Part shown: piece by piece, positions 38,456 through 47,475 of the stretch | Layout of the letters: the number at the start of each line of letters is the position of its first letter | How positions within the stretch are numbered: the first letter of the stretch is position 1 | Assembly: GCA_035532535.1 (NCBI GenBank) | Contig: DATKQT010000035.1 | Location: 14,460 to 78,459 of the forward strand | Direction: 5' to 3' | Length of the DNA stretch: 64,000 nucleotides | Origin: Gaiellaceae bacterium | Lineage (GTDB): Bacteria; Actinomycetota; Thermoleophilia; Gaiellales; Gaiellaceae | Translations under genes and position numbers: made by a program | The notes under the pieces: generated by a model | What the model was told of the DNA's origin: nothing | The model's input: only the letters and a program-made list of their open reading frames with translations | The model's database searches: none

Positions 38456-40088
38456 CGCCGAAGCGGTCTACCCGGTGACGTGGAAGGACGGGCGCGTGGC
38501 GAGCTGGCTCGTCACCGTCGACCACAAGCGCATCGGGATCTTGTACGTCGGCACGTCGCTCTTCTTCTTCGTGCTGGGCGGCATCCTCGCCGTGCTCATG
38601 CGCGCGCAGCTCGCCACGCCGGGCGAGAAGCTGCTGACGAAGAGCTCGTACGACGAGGTGCTGACGATGCACGGCACGACGATGATCTTCCTCGTCGTCG
38701 TCCCGATCCTCGCCGGCTTCGGGAACTACCTCGTGCCGTTGATGATCGGCGCACGTGACGTCGCGTTCCCGCGGCTCAATGCCCTCTCCTATTGGCTCTA
38801 CCTGCTCGGTGGAATCGTCCTCTGGTCGAGCTGGTTCGCGACGGGCGGCACGGCGAAGGCGGGCTGGTGGTCGTACCCGACGCTCTCCGAGTCGCAGTTC
38901 AGCCCCGGGCACGGCCAGGACTACTGGATCCTGAGCATCCACATCCTGTCGCTCGCGTCGCTCCTCGGAGCCATCAACTTCATCGTGACGATCGTGAACA
39001 TGCGCGCGCGTGGCATGACGTGGATGCGCATGCCGCTGTTCGTCTGGTCGATCTTCACCTACGCGATCCTGCTGCTCGTTGCGCTGCCCGCGCTCTCGGC
39101 CGCAGTGACGATGCTCCTGCTGGATCGCAACGCCGGCACGCATTTCTTCATCCCTTCGGAGGGCGGAAGCATCGTGCTGTACCAGCACATGTTCTGGTTC
39201 TTCGGGCATCCCGAGGTCTACATCATGGTGTTGCCCGTGTTCGGGATGATCTCCGAGATCATTCCGGTCTTCTCGCGCAAGCCGATCTTCGGCTACAAGG
39301 CGGTGGCGTTCGCGACGATCGGCATCGCGTTCCTGTCCCTGCTCGTGTGGGCCCACCACATGTTCACAACCGGCCTCGGCACCGGGCTCGACAGCTTCTT
39401 CATGATCTCGTCGCTGGTGATCGCCGTGCCGACCGGCATCAAGATCTTCAACTGGGTGGCGACGACGTGGCGCGGCAACCTCATCTTCGACACGCCGATG
39501 CTGTTCGCCCTCGGGTTCATCGTGCTGTTCACGATGGGCGGCCTGTCGGGGATCTTCCTCGCCGCGTTCCCGGTCGACTGGCAGTTGAACGACTCTTACT
39601 ACGTCGTCGCGCATTTCCACTACGTCTTGTTCGGCGGTTCGGCATTCGGCTTCTTCGCCGGCCTCTTCTACTGGTGGCCGAAGATGTTCGGGCGGATGCT
39701 CGACGAGCGGCTCGGCAAGTGGTTCTTCTGGCTGCTGTTCGTCGGCTTCAACCTCACGTTCCTGCCGCAACACATGCTCGGGTTGCTGGGGATGCCACGC
39801 CGCGTCTACACGTACCACCACGGCGGGTTGTGGGAGGCCTACAACCTCATCTCGACGACCGGATCGGGCGTGATGACGATCGCCGTCGCGGTCTTCCTCG
39901 TGAACGTCTACCGCACGCACGTGTTGCGCATGGGCGTGCGCGCCGGCAACGATCCATGGCTCGCCGACACGCTCGAGTGGTACACGACGTCACCGCCGCC
40001 GCCGAACAACTTCGACTCGGTCCCGTACGTCACGAGCGCGCGGCCGCTTCGCGACCTGCGGCTGCGGCTCGCGGAGGAGACGTCGTGA
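38436..40088 (+). CDS. ctaD: Cytochrome c oxidase subunit I
   Basis: 550 aa. WFFGHPEVYI, WAHHMFTTG, VVAHFHYVLFGG. It overlaps the ctaC end by 20 nt; GTG 38445 is an alternative start. Confidence 0.95.
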   Translation: MRRVAVNAEAVYPVTWKDGRVASWLVTVDHKRIGILYVGTSLFFFVLGGILAVLMRAQLATPGEKLLTKSSYDEVLTMHGTTMIFLVVVPILAGFGNYLVPLMIGARDVAFPRLNALSYWLYLLGGIVLWSSWFATGGTAKAGWWSYPTLSESQFSPGHGQDYWILSIHILSLASLLGAINFIVTIVNMRARGMTWMRMPLFVWSIFTYAILLLVALPALSAAVTMLLLDRNAGTHFFIPSEGGSIVLYQHMFWFFGHPEVYIMVLPVFGMISEIIPVFSRKPIFGYKAVAFATIGIAFLSLLVWAHHMFTTGLGTGLDSFFMISSLVIAVPTGIKIFNWVATTWRGNLIFDTPMLFALGFIVLFTMGGLSGIFLAAFPVDWQLNDSYYVVAHFHYVLFGGSAFGFFAGLFYWWPKMFGRMLDERLGKWFFWLLFVGFNLTFLPQHMLGLLGMPRRVYTYHHGGLWEAYNLISTTGSGVMTIAVAVFLVNVYRTHVLRMGVRAGNDPWLADTLEWYTTSPPPPNNFDSVPYVTSARPLRDLRLRLAEETS

Positions 40089-41272
40089 CCGGCGTGGCGC
40101 CCGGGCCGTGGCTGCGCGCGTGTGCACTCGTCGCCGCCTGCGGGGCAGTCCTCGCCGTCGTTTCCGGCGAGGCGCATCTCGGCGCGGCTCATCGAGTCAT
40201 CGCGGCACTTGTCGCGCCACCGCTCGCCGCGCTGCTCGTCTGCGCGTGGCTCGCGCACCGCCGGCTCGTGCCGGCAATCCTCGCGTCGTCCGCGCTGTTC
40301 GCCGCCGCGGCCGCGCTGCCGGGTCGCGCGACGCACATCGTGTTCGCAGCACTGGCGCTCGCGACCCTTCTCGTCGTCGTCGTGCAGAGCCTGCAGGAGG
40401 ACCGGGCTCCGTGGGGCGCCTGGCGCGACTACGTCACGCTGACGAAGCCGAGGATCATGAGCCTGCTGCTCGTCACCGGCTTCTGCGGCATGATCGCGGG
40501 CGCCCGCGGCTGGCCCGGCACCGAACGGGCGGTCGCCGCCACGGTCGGGCTCGCACTCGCATGCGGCGGGGCCAGCGCGCTCAACCACGTCCTCGACCGC
40601 GACATCGACCCGCTCATGGGCGAGCGCACGCGGCGGCGCCCGGTCGCGTCGGGCCGCGTGGCTCCGAGCCGCGCGCTCGAGTTCGGCCTCGCGCTCTCAG
40701 CGCTCTCGTTCGTCCTGCTCGCGGGCGCGGTGAACCTGCTCACCGCGGTGCTGGCGCTCGTCGGCAACCTCTTCTACGTCCTCGTGTACACGCGGTGGCT
40801 CAAGCGCACGACGTCGCAGAACATCGTCATCGGCGGCGCCGCCGGCGCGGTTCCGCCCCTCGTCGGCTGGGCGGCCGCGACCGGCCACCTCGGGATCGCC
40901 GCGTGGATCCTGTTTGCCATCGTCTTCGTGTGGACGCCGCCGCACTTCTGGGCGCTCGCGCTCCTGATCAAGGACAACTACGCGAACGCCAAGGTGCCGA
41001 TGCTTCCCGTCGTCCGCGGGGAGCGCGAGACGGCGCGGCAGATCGTCCTCTACTCGATCGTGCTGCTCGGCGTCACGCTCCTGCCCTGGGCCGCAGGCGG
41101 GGCGGGACCGATCTACGTCGTCGCGGCGCTCGCGCTCGGGGCCGTCTTCGTGGGCCTCGCCGAGCGGCTGCGGCGGGACACGACGCCGCGCCGCGCCGCG
41201 TTGCTCTTCCACTACTCCCTCGTGTACCTCGCGCTGCTCTTCGTAGCGCTCGCCCTCGACCTCGCCTTCTGA
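40085..41272 (+). CDS. ctaB: Protoheme IX farnesyltransferase (heme O synthase) with a ~115-aa four-helix His-rich N-terminal extension
   Basis: GTG 40085 overlaps the ctaD stop (GTGA). UbiA-type motifs LTKPRI, NHVLDRDID, RRPVASGR. The extension has coding-like GC3 and no in-frame stop. Confidence 0.85.
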   Translation: MTGVAPGPWLRACALVAACGAVLAVVSGEAHLGAAHRVIAALVAPPLAALLVCAWLAHRRLVPAILASSALFAAAAALPGRATHIVFAALALATLLVVVVQSLQEDRAPWGAWRDYVTLTKPRIMSLLLVTGFCGMIAGARGWPGTERAVAATVGLALACGGASALNHVLDRDIDPLMGERTRRRPVASGRVAPSRALEFGLALSALSFVLLAGAVNLLTAVLALVGNLFYVLVYTRWLKRTTSQNIVIGGAAGAVPPLVGWAAATGHLGIAAWILFAIVFVWTPPHFWALALLIKDNYANAKVPMLPVVRGERETARQIVLYSIVLLGVTLLPWAAGGAGPIYVVAALALGAVFVGLAERLRRDTTPRRAALLFHYSLVYLALLFVALALDLAF

Positions 41273-41388
41273 TGGACGACGAGCTCGAGCGCAGGAACCT
41301 CCGCCTCGGCTGGCTCCTCTTCGGCGTTTTCTGGCTTCTCTTCGCCGGATGCTTCGGAGTCGCGTTCCTGTACCTCCACTTCTCCTAA
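41272..41388 (+). CDS. 38-aa single-TM micro-protein coupled to ctaB
   Basis: The ATG shares one nt with the ctaB stop (TGATG). Sequence MDDELERRNLRLGWLLFGVFWLLFAGCFGVAFLYLHFS: a charged N-terminus followed by one hydrophobic helix. Confidence 0.5.
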   Translation: MDDELERRNLRLGWLLFGVFWLLFAGCFGVAFLYLHFS

Positions 41389-41421
41389 AGTCAAAGCGGC
41401 CCGGAGCCGATCTCCGGAGGG

Positions 41422-43101
41422 ATGGCCTTTACCCGTGCCCTTGGGGTGACGCTCGTCGTCGCCTTTGCCGCTGGCGTCCTCGCCGGGGCGGCTCCTGCCG
41501 CGCGCCCCGTCAGAGACCACCAGATCGTGACGCCGCACTTCATCGTCAGCTACGACACGGATCCGCTCCAGCCCGACTACACGACCGAGACGCAGGCAGG
41601 CGACATCGCCGCGTACGCGGAGCGGATGTATTCGGTGTTGACCTCATGGGGTTACGCGGCACCGCCGCCCGACCTCGACGGCAAGATCGACATCTACATC
41701 ACGAACCTGCTGATCCCGGCACCCGCCCAGGAGTCGCAGGCCATTCCCGAGGCCCTCACCGCGCCGAGCACCGGCTACATCGAGCTCGCGCCGGTGACTC
41801 AACTCCAGGGCTACGCCACGAGCGACGGTCTCGACCTCACAACCGAGGAGGAGCGCGCGATCGCCGGCAACCTCTTCTACCTCATGGCGTTCCGGACCTG
41901 GGTTCCGGCGACCCAGGCGGACGAATGGCTGGTCTACGGCGCCGACGAGTGGGCCGGCCTCGCGGCCATCGGCTTTCCTTCCAGCGGGCCCGTGATCGGA
42001 CTCGGAAGCCCGGATATCGCGCTCAACTGTCGGGACCCGTTGGCTGCTCACCAGATGTGCGACCCGGACTCCTACGTCGAGGACGGCTACGCGCGCTGGG
42101 CGTTCTTCCAGCAGCTCGCGAATCAGTACGGCAAGACCTTCATTCTGAACGCGTTCGCCAACGCCAATCTCGGGCAGGACGCGACGACCGCGCTCTCGAA
42201 CGCGATCGCGGCGGAGGGAAGCTCGCTCGCGACCCAGTTCAACGACTACGCAGAGAGCCTCATGACCGGCAACTTCGGGGTACCCGCACTGACGGCCATA
42301 CGCCCGCCTGTGCAGGATGCCGTCATCGGCGGCACGATCAGCGCGACGCTCGGGACGGTCAAGGTCCCCGTCAACCATCTGTCGGCGCGCTACATGACCT
42401 TCCAGCGCGGTGATGGCGACGGCTCACACGCCTGCTACGCGGCGACACTCTCGATCAGCGTCGCGATGCCGGCCGGGACATCGGCTCAGCCGTACTACTT
42501 CTGGGACGTCCCGGGCAGCACGCCTCAGGCGTTGAACGTCAGCGGCAACACCGCCTCGATCACTGTGCCCTGGGACACCTGCGATTGGGGCGCCGTTCGT
42601 GGCTGGCTCTCGATCCCGAACGCCGGAACGGCCGTAGACGCCGCCGATTTCGTGATCACGAGCTCGGTGGCAGTCGACCTGAACACGCCGGCCGCCGCGT
42701 CGCCTCCGCCATCCCCGGCGACCATCTGGGGCACATCCGTCCCCGTCCCGACCGCCGACCTTCCCCCGAGCATCGACGTCTTCGGCCCCGAGCTCCTCCA
42801 GCTCTCGGCCAAGACGCCGACAATCCGGCTGATCGTCGACTCGAGCGGCCCCGGCACCGTGACCGCAACGCTCGGCGCGACGGTGCTCGGCAACTACTCG
42901 CTGCGGGCCGGGAACAACGACGTCCGGTTTGCAGTCCCGAAGGGCATGCTCACGTCCCTCCGGCGCTCAGCGAGCGCCTCCAACATCCTGACGCTGACGC
43001 CGATGTCGGCGAGCGGAAACGTCGCCGGCCAGGCGATTACGCGCCAGGTTGCGATCGCTGCCGCGCCGAAGCCCGCCAAGCACAAAAGCAAGAAGAAGTA
43101 G
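41422..43101 (+). CDS. Secreted hypothetical protein (metalloprotease-like N-terminal layout without HExxH; Lys-rich tail)
   Basis: Signal peptide MAFTRALGVTLVVAFAAGVLAGAAPAA; HFIVSYDTD...IDIYITNL layout; no HExxH anywhere; ends AAAPKPAKHKSKKK. Confidence 0.6.
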   Translation: MAFTRALGVTLVVAFAAGVLAGAAPAARPVRDHQIVTPHFIVSYDTDPLQPDYTTETQAGDIAAYAERMYSVLTSWGYAAPPPDLDGKIDIYITNLLIPAPAQESQAIPEALTAPSTGYIELAPVTQLQGYATSDGLDLTTEEERAIAGNLFYLMAFRTWVPATQADEWLVYGADEWAGLAAIGFPSSGPVIGLGSPDIALNCRDPLAAHQMCDPDSYVEDGYARWAFFQQLANQYGKTFILNAFANANLGQDATTALSNAIAAEGSSLATQFNDYAESLMTGNFGVPALTAIRPPVQDAVIGGTISATLGTVKVPVNHLSARYMTFQRGDGDGSHACYAATLSISVAMPAGTSAQPYYFWDVPGSTPQALNVSGNTASITVPWDTCDWGAVRGWLSIPNAGTAVDAADFVITSSVAVDLNTPAAASPPPSPATIWGTSVPVPTADLPPSIDVFGPELLQLSAKTPTIRLIVDSSGPGTVTATLGATVLGNYSLRAGNNDVRFAVPKGMLTSLRRSASASNILTLTPMSASGNVAGQAITRQVAIAAAPKPAKHKSKKK

Positions 43102-43111
43102 AGTCGCGCCC

Positions 43112-44221
43112 GTGGAGGGCATCTGGCTCGCGCGACCCGACGAGCCGCCCCGCGGTACGCACGTAGCGATCAAGGATCTCCTCGATACCGCGGGGCTCGT
43201 GACCACCTACGGCTCGGCGCTCTTTGCCGAACACGTGCCTGGACGAAGCGCGACCGCGGTCGAGCGCCTCGAGCAAGCCGGGTACGCCGTCGCGGGAAAG
43301 ACGAACCTGCACGAGTTCGCGTACGGGATCTCGTCGCAGAACCCGCACTTCGGCACGGTTCCGAACCCGGAGTACCCCGGACGGCTCGCGGGCGGATCGA
43401 GCGGTGGATCGGCCGCCGCCGTCGCAGCAGGCGATGTCGAGCTTGCACTGGGAACCGACTCCGGCGGGTCGATCCGCATCCCGGCGGCGTGGTGCGGCGT
43501 CGTCGGCTTCAAACCGACATACGACCTCGTCCCCGCGGAGGGCTGCTTCCCGCTCGCGCCGAGCTACGACCACGTCGGCCCGATCGCATCCACCGTCGAG
43601 GGCTGTGCCGAGCTCATGCGCGCGCTCGTCCCGGATTGGGAGCCCGTGGACGTCGAGGCGCTGGGCGAGCTGCGCGTCGGATTCGCGTGGCTCGAGCACG
43701 CCGACCCACTTGTCCGGGAGCGGGTCGCCGAGGCCCTCGCCCTCTTCCCTCACCGCGAAGCGGTCGACCTGCCGCTGAACGAGCCAGGCGAGTACCGGCT
43801 CTTCATGCGCGAGGTCGCGGACGTCCATCGAGGTCTCTTCCCCGAGCGGGCGGACGAGTACGGGGAGAACGTCCGCGGCAAGATCGAACGCTGCATGCAG
43901 GTGACGGATGAGCAGGTCGAGACGGCTCGCCGTCTCCGAGCGGAGTATCGCGACCGCTGCGACGAGGCAACGCAGGCAATCGACCTGCTCGTGACCCCGA
44001 CCATCCCCTTCGTCGCTCCACCGGCGGACGCCGACGAGCTGACGATCCGCGAGCGCGGGATCTCGCTGACGTTCCCGTTCGACTCGCTCGGCTGGCCCGG
44101 TCTCGCGCTCCCGTGCGGGCCGGCGGAGGGCGGTCTGCCGGCCTCCGTGCAGCTCGTCGGGCCTCCCGGGTCGGATTCGCTCGTGTTGGCCGCCGGAGCC
44201 TTGCTCGCATCCCCCATCTGA
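43112..44221 (+). CDS. Amidase-signature family amidase (short N-terminus)
   Basis: Catalytic Lys in VAIKDL, GGSSGGSAAAVA, GTDSGGSIRIPA. For start GTG 43112, TAGAGT (which includes the upstream stop codon) lies 7 nt upstream. TTG 43049 would overlap the upstream gene by 53 nt. Confidence 0.8.
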   Translation: MEGIWLARPDEPPRGTHVAIKDLLDTAGLVTTYGSALFAEHVPGRSATAVERLEQAGYAVAGKTNLHEFAYGISSQNPHFGTVPNPEYPGRLAGGSSGGSAAAVAAGDVELALGTDSGGSIRIPAAWCGVVGFKPTYDLVPAEGCFPLAPSYDHVGPIASTVEGCAELMRALVPDWEPVDVEALGELRVGFAWLEHADPLVRERVAEALALFPHREAVDLPLNEPGEYRLFMREVADVHRGLFPERADEYGENVRGKIERCMQVTDEQVETARRLRAEYRDRCDEATQAIDLLVTPTIPFVAPPADADELTIRERGISLTFPFDSLGWPGLALPCGPAEGGLPASVQLVGPPGSDSLVLAAGALLASPI

Positions 44222-44264
44222 GGGAGTCGCACGGCTCCACGACTGCCGACACACACAGGAGACG

Positions 44265-46721
44265 ATGCGCGCCGCCCGCCTCCTCATGCTGCTTGTCGCC
44301 CTGCTGACGATCTCCGTCGCGGCGGGCAGCGCCCGCTCGGCAGATACCGGCCCGACGGGCCTGCACGGCTTCCTCCTGCGCGCGGATGAGCCGCAGAAGA
44401 CGAGCTTCCCGCGCACGCCGTCGTTCGCGTGGAACCCGGTGCCGGGGGCGCTCCACTATGAGTTCCAGCTCTCGCTCAGCGACACGTTCCGGGACAACTC
44501 GGTCGTCTACGACGACCAGCAGGCACTGACGCCGGTCGAGGCGCCGCCGGTCACGCTTCCGTGGATCACGGGCACTCCGTACGCGCTCTATGCGCGCGTA
44601 CGCGCCGTGCTGCCGGATGGGTCGACGCCGTGGAGCACGAACTTCGGGTTCGACATGGTGCCGCCTCCCCCGCCGACGCCGCTGTCGAGCTACCCGGGCC
44701 TACTGCGCTGGACGCCGGTCGAAGGCGCGGCCGGCTACCAGGTATGGCTGATCGACGCGCACAAGACGGAGTTCTCCGCGACGAACACGCTCGACGAGCG
44801 CGAGTTCTACACCTTCCATCAAACCGCGAACTGGACCGGCACGGTGCGCTGGCGCATCCGCGCGCTGCGAGCCCTTGTCACGCTGAACGGCAGCGCGGCA
44901 CTGAACGGCATTCCTGCGGTGACGCACGGCGCGTGGAGCCCGATCTACACGTCCACGAATCCCGCAGTCACGGGCGGCCCGATCACGCTCGTCGGCACCG
45001 TCTCGGACATCTTCTCGAACGGCAGTCCCGGCTCGCCGGCACACCGGCTGATGCCGGGCTTCCTCTGGACGGGGAACCAGACGAACGACGGAAAGACCGT
45101 CGAGCTGTACCGGATGTATGTGTTCACGGACAAGCAGTGCCTGAACCGCGTGTACACGAGCGCCGTCATCGGATCGCCCGCATATGCGCCGCGGCCGATG
45201 GGCCCGCTCGCACTCCCGGCCAGCCCAGCCGGCGTCGCGTCAGCGCGGTCCGCGTACCTGGGTGACGGGGTCGAGCCCACGTCGTACACGTACGACGGCG
45301 ACACCATCACGACGAGCGAATCCGCTCCGGATGCAGGCCCGACGACTTCCGTCCCCAATGCACCAGGCGACACCACGCCGACGGCTCCGGCCGGCACCGT
45401 CCCTTCGTCGTCCTCCGCGGCGCCGGCGCCGTCGGGCGGCGGTGGCGTGACAGTGAACGGACGCACTGGCGCCCCCACCGACCTCTGGGACACGAATTGG
45501 CCGTCGAGCGGGTACTACTGGACCGTCGTCGGCGTGATCGCCGGATCGCAGGGCTCGGTATCGACGAGCGTCGCAGCCGCCGGCGCCAAGACAGGCGACT
45601 TGGTGCTCCAGCTGCAGGACACGAGCGGGCTCAATCCGGGCGACGTCATCACGATCGGCACCGGGGCAACGCAGGAGATCGCGACCATCACGGCGATCAG
45701 CGGCACCTCAGTCACGCTCGCGATCGGGCTCAAATTCGGGCACGGCTTCGGCGAGCCCGTCGTCCGCAGCAGCGGAGGCTTCGTGTATCAGGACGCCGAG
45801 CTGCCGCAGGACGTCTGCGCAGCGGGCCGCGTCATGCGTTTCGGCAAGGAGAGCGAGCCGTCGCTCGTCGCCGGTGGCCAGCTCTTCGCAACCGGCCTGT
45901 CCTCCGACGGTCGCCTCACGTCGGCACTCCACACGACCTCCTTCTACGGGCAGCCGCTCGTCTCCTGGACGCCGGCGCTCGGCGCGGAGGTCTACGAAGT
46001 GCAGTGGAGCAAGACCTCATACCCGTTCAATCCGGAGCTGGCGTCCACGGGGACGCCTGGAATGCTCACCTCGTCGACCTCGGTGGTGCTTCCGGTCGGC
46101 CCGGGAACGTGGTACTACCGCGTGCGAGGCTTCGACTACTCGCTGCCGACAGGCGCACAGCAGATGTCGTGGTCCGACCCCGTAAAGCTCGTCGTCGCCG
46201 CGCCGAAGTTCTCGATCATCGGCGGGACGACGTCGACGCCGAAGACGGCGACGGCGCCCAAGAAGACCGCCACGGCCACGGCCTCGATGAGCGGTCTGCA
46301 CTCCTTCAGCGGCACCGGGTTCAGCCTGGGCGTTCCGACGGGTTGGGTGCATCAGACGCTCAAGGACAGCATCGCGACGTTCATCTACATGAACAAGTCC
46401 ACGGGCACGAACGTTGTCGAGATTACGTCCTCGGGTCGCGGCGCCCGGACCATGACGCAGTGGGAGACCGACCTCAAGCTCGAGCTCGCGTCGTCGGCGG
46501 GCGTCGCCCCGACCGCGAGTCTCGTCACGCTCCCCGCCGGGAAGGCCGTGAAGCTGACCGCCAGCCACGCGGCCAACGGCGTGAAGCTCACGCAGGTCCA
46601 GTACGTCGTCGACGGCGGGGCGACCGCCTACACCTTCACCTTCACGACGACGGCAGCGCGCTATGCGGCCGATGCGCCGACGTTCGCGAAGATGATCGCC
46701 ACGCTGAAGCTAACGGCGTAA
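44265..46721 (+). CDS. Large secreted protein with three Fn3-like W-x-PV-x-GA-xx-Y repeats and a C-terminal PsbP/Mog1-like domain
   Basis: AGGAGA RBS and signal peptide MRAARLLMLLVALLTISVAAGSARSA. Repeats FAWNPVPGALHYEFQLS, LRWTPVEGAAGYQVWLI, VSWTPALGAEVYEVQWS. The C-terminal FSLGVPTGW.. domain assignment is by resemblance only. Confidence 0.6.
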   Translation: MRAARLLMLLVALLTISVAAGSARSADTGPTGLHGFLLRADEPQKTSFPRTPSFAWNPVPGALHYEFQLSLSDTFRDNSVVYDDQQALTPVEAPPVTLPWITGTPYALYARVRAVLPDGSTPWSTNFGFDMVPPPPPTPLSSYPGLLRWTPVEGAAGYQVWLIDAHKTEFSATNTLDEREFYTFHQTANWTGTVRWRIRALRALVTLNGSAALNGIPAVTHGAWSPIYTSTNPAVTGGPITLVGTVSDIFSNGSPGSPAHRLMPGFLWTGNQTNDGKTVELYRMYVFTDKQCLNRVYTSAVIGSPAYAPRPMGPLALPASPAGVASARSAYLGDGVEPTSYTYDGDTITTSESAPDAGPTTSVPNAPGDTTPTAPAGTVPSSSSAAPAPSGGGGVTVNGRTGAPTDLWDTNWPSSGYYWTVVGVIAGSQGSVSTSVAAAGAKTGDLVLQLQDTSGLNPGDVITIGTGATQEIATITAISGTSVTLAIGLKFGHGFGEPVVRSSGGFVYQDAELPQDVCAAGRVMRFGKESEPSLVAGGQLFATGLSSDGRLTSALHTTSFYGQPLVSWTPALGAEVYEVQWSKTSYPFNPELASTGTPGMLTSSTSVVLPVGPGTWYYRVRGFDYSLPTGAQQMSWSDPVKLVVAAPKFSIIGGTTSTPKTATAPKKTATATASMSGLHSFSGTGFSLGVPTGWVHQTLKDSIATFIYMNKSTGTNVVEITSSGRGARTMTQWETDLKLELASSAGVAPTASLVTLPAGKAVKLTASHAANGVKLTQVQYVVDGGATAYTFTFTTTAARYAADAPTFAKMIATLKLTA

Positions 46722-47459
46722 CAGCCGCCGACGCGGCGATTCCGGCCGGTCGGGTAGAGCGGCACCGGCGAGGAGCGCAGCCGGAACGTCGTCGGTGAGC
46801 CAGTGCGCGAGCACGGCGTCGCCAGCTGCCACCCCAGCGCCCGAGAGGCCGACAGAGCGCACGTCCGGCGCATGCGCGTCGCTGGCCAGCAGATGGGCGA
46901 GGCGTGCGTCGAGCAGTCGCTTCGCGGCGGTGCGCGGCGCTCCGCCGAGCCGGCCGTCGAGCGACGCGGCCGTCAGCTGCACGACGACGCCGCCGTCCAC
47001 GAGCGGGCGGAGCCGTTCCGGGTCGTGCTGGACGTCGGCATTTCGCTCGGGATGCGCGAGCACAATGCGGAACCCCCGGAGCTGGAGGTCGAACACGACG
47101 TCGGGCAGCTGCAGCGGCCACCCGAAGTACGGGAACTCGAGGAGGAGAAGCGAGGCGTTGCCACCCAGGCCGAAGCGACGGAGATCGGCGTCGTCGAGCC
47201 GCGCCGCGTACTCGAGATCGAGCTCTCCTCCGGGCAACACCTCGACCGGGATGGCGGCCTCGCGCGCGGCGCCGCACACCTCGGCAACCAGGAGCTCCAT
47301 CTCCCTCGGCGAGGTCGGATAGTCCTCCCGGACGTGGGGGGTGGCAGCGATCTGCCGGATGCCGTCGTCGTGCGCCGCGCGGAGCAGGTCGAGGCTCCCG
47401 GCGATCGTCTTCACGCCGTCGTCGACCCCGGGCAGGACGTGAGAATGCAGGTCGATCAC
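46710..47459 (-). CDS. CpsB/YwqE-type PHP-domain protein-tyrosine phosphatase
   Basis: MIDLHSHVLPGVDDG, IAATPHV, VLAHPERN. GTG start. The 3' end overlaps the upstream convergent gene by 12 nt. Confidence 0.8.
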   Translation of the reverse strand: MIDLHSHVLPGVDDGVKTIAGSLDLLRAAHDDGIRQIAATPHVREDYPTSPREMELLVAEVCGAAREAAIPVEVLPGGELDLEYAARLDDADLRRFGLGGNASLLLLEFPYFGWPLQLPDVVFDLQLRGFRIVLAHPERNADVQHDPERLRPLVDGGVVVQLTAASLDGRLGGAPRTAAKRLLDARLAHLLASDAHAPDVRSVGLSGAGVAAGDAVLAHWLTDDVPAALLAGAALPDRPESPRRRLLRR

Positions 47460-47475
47460 GACTCTTCATCCTAGG

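Noticed and set aside
38792-40084. The upstream 431 codons of the 826-aa ORF that contains ctaB
   Set aside because: This frame overlaps ctaD, whose own frame carries all subunit I signatures, and the translation is Arg/Pro-rich junk. GTG 40085 coupled to the ctaD stop is the sensible start.
41401-41417. The hairpin CCGGAG-CCGAT-CTCCGG after the micro-ORF as a terminator
   Set aside because: It has only 6 bp and no U-tract. It also overlaps the GGAGGG just before ATG 41422, so it is more likely part of that gene's translation initiation region.
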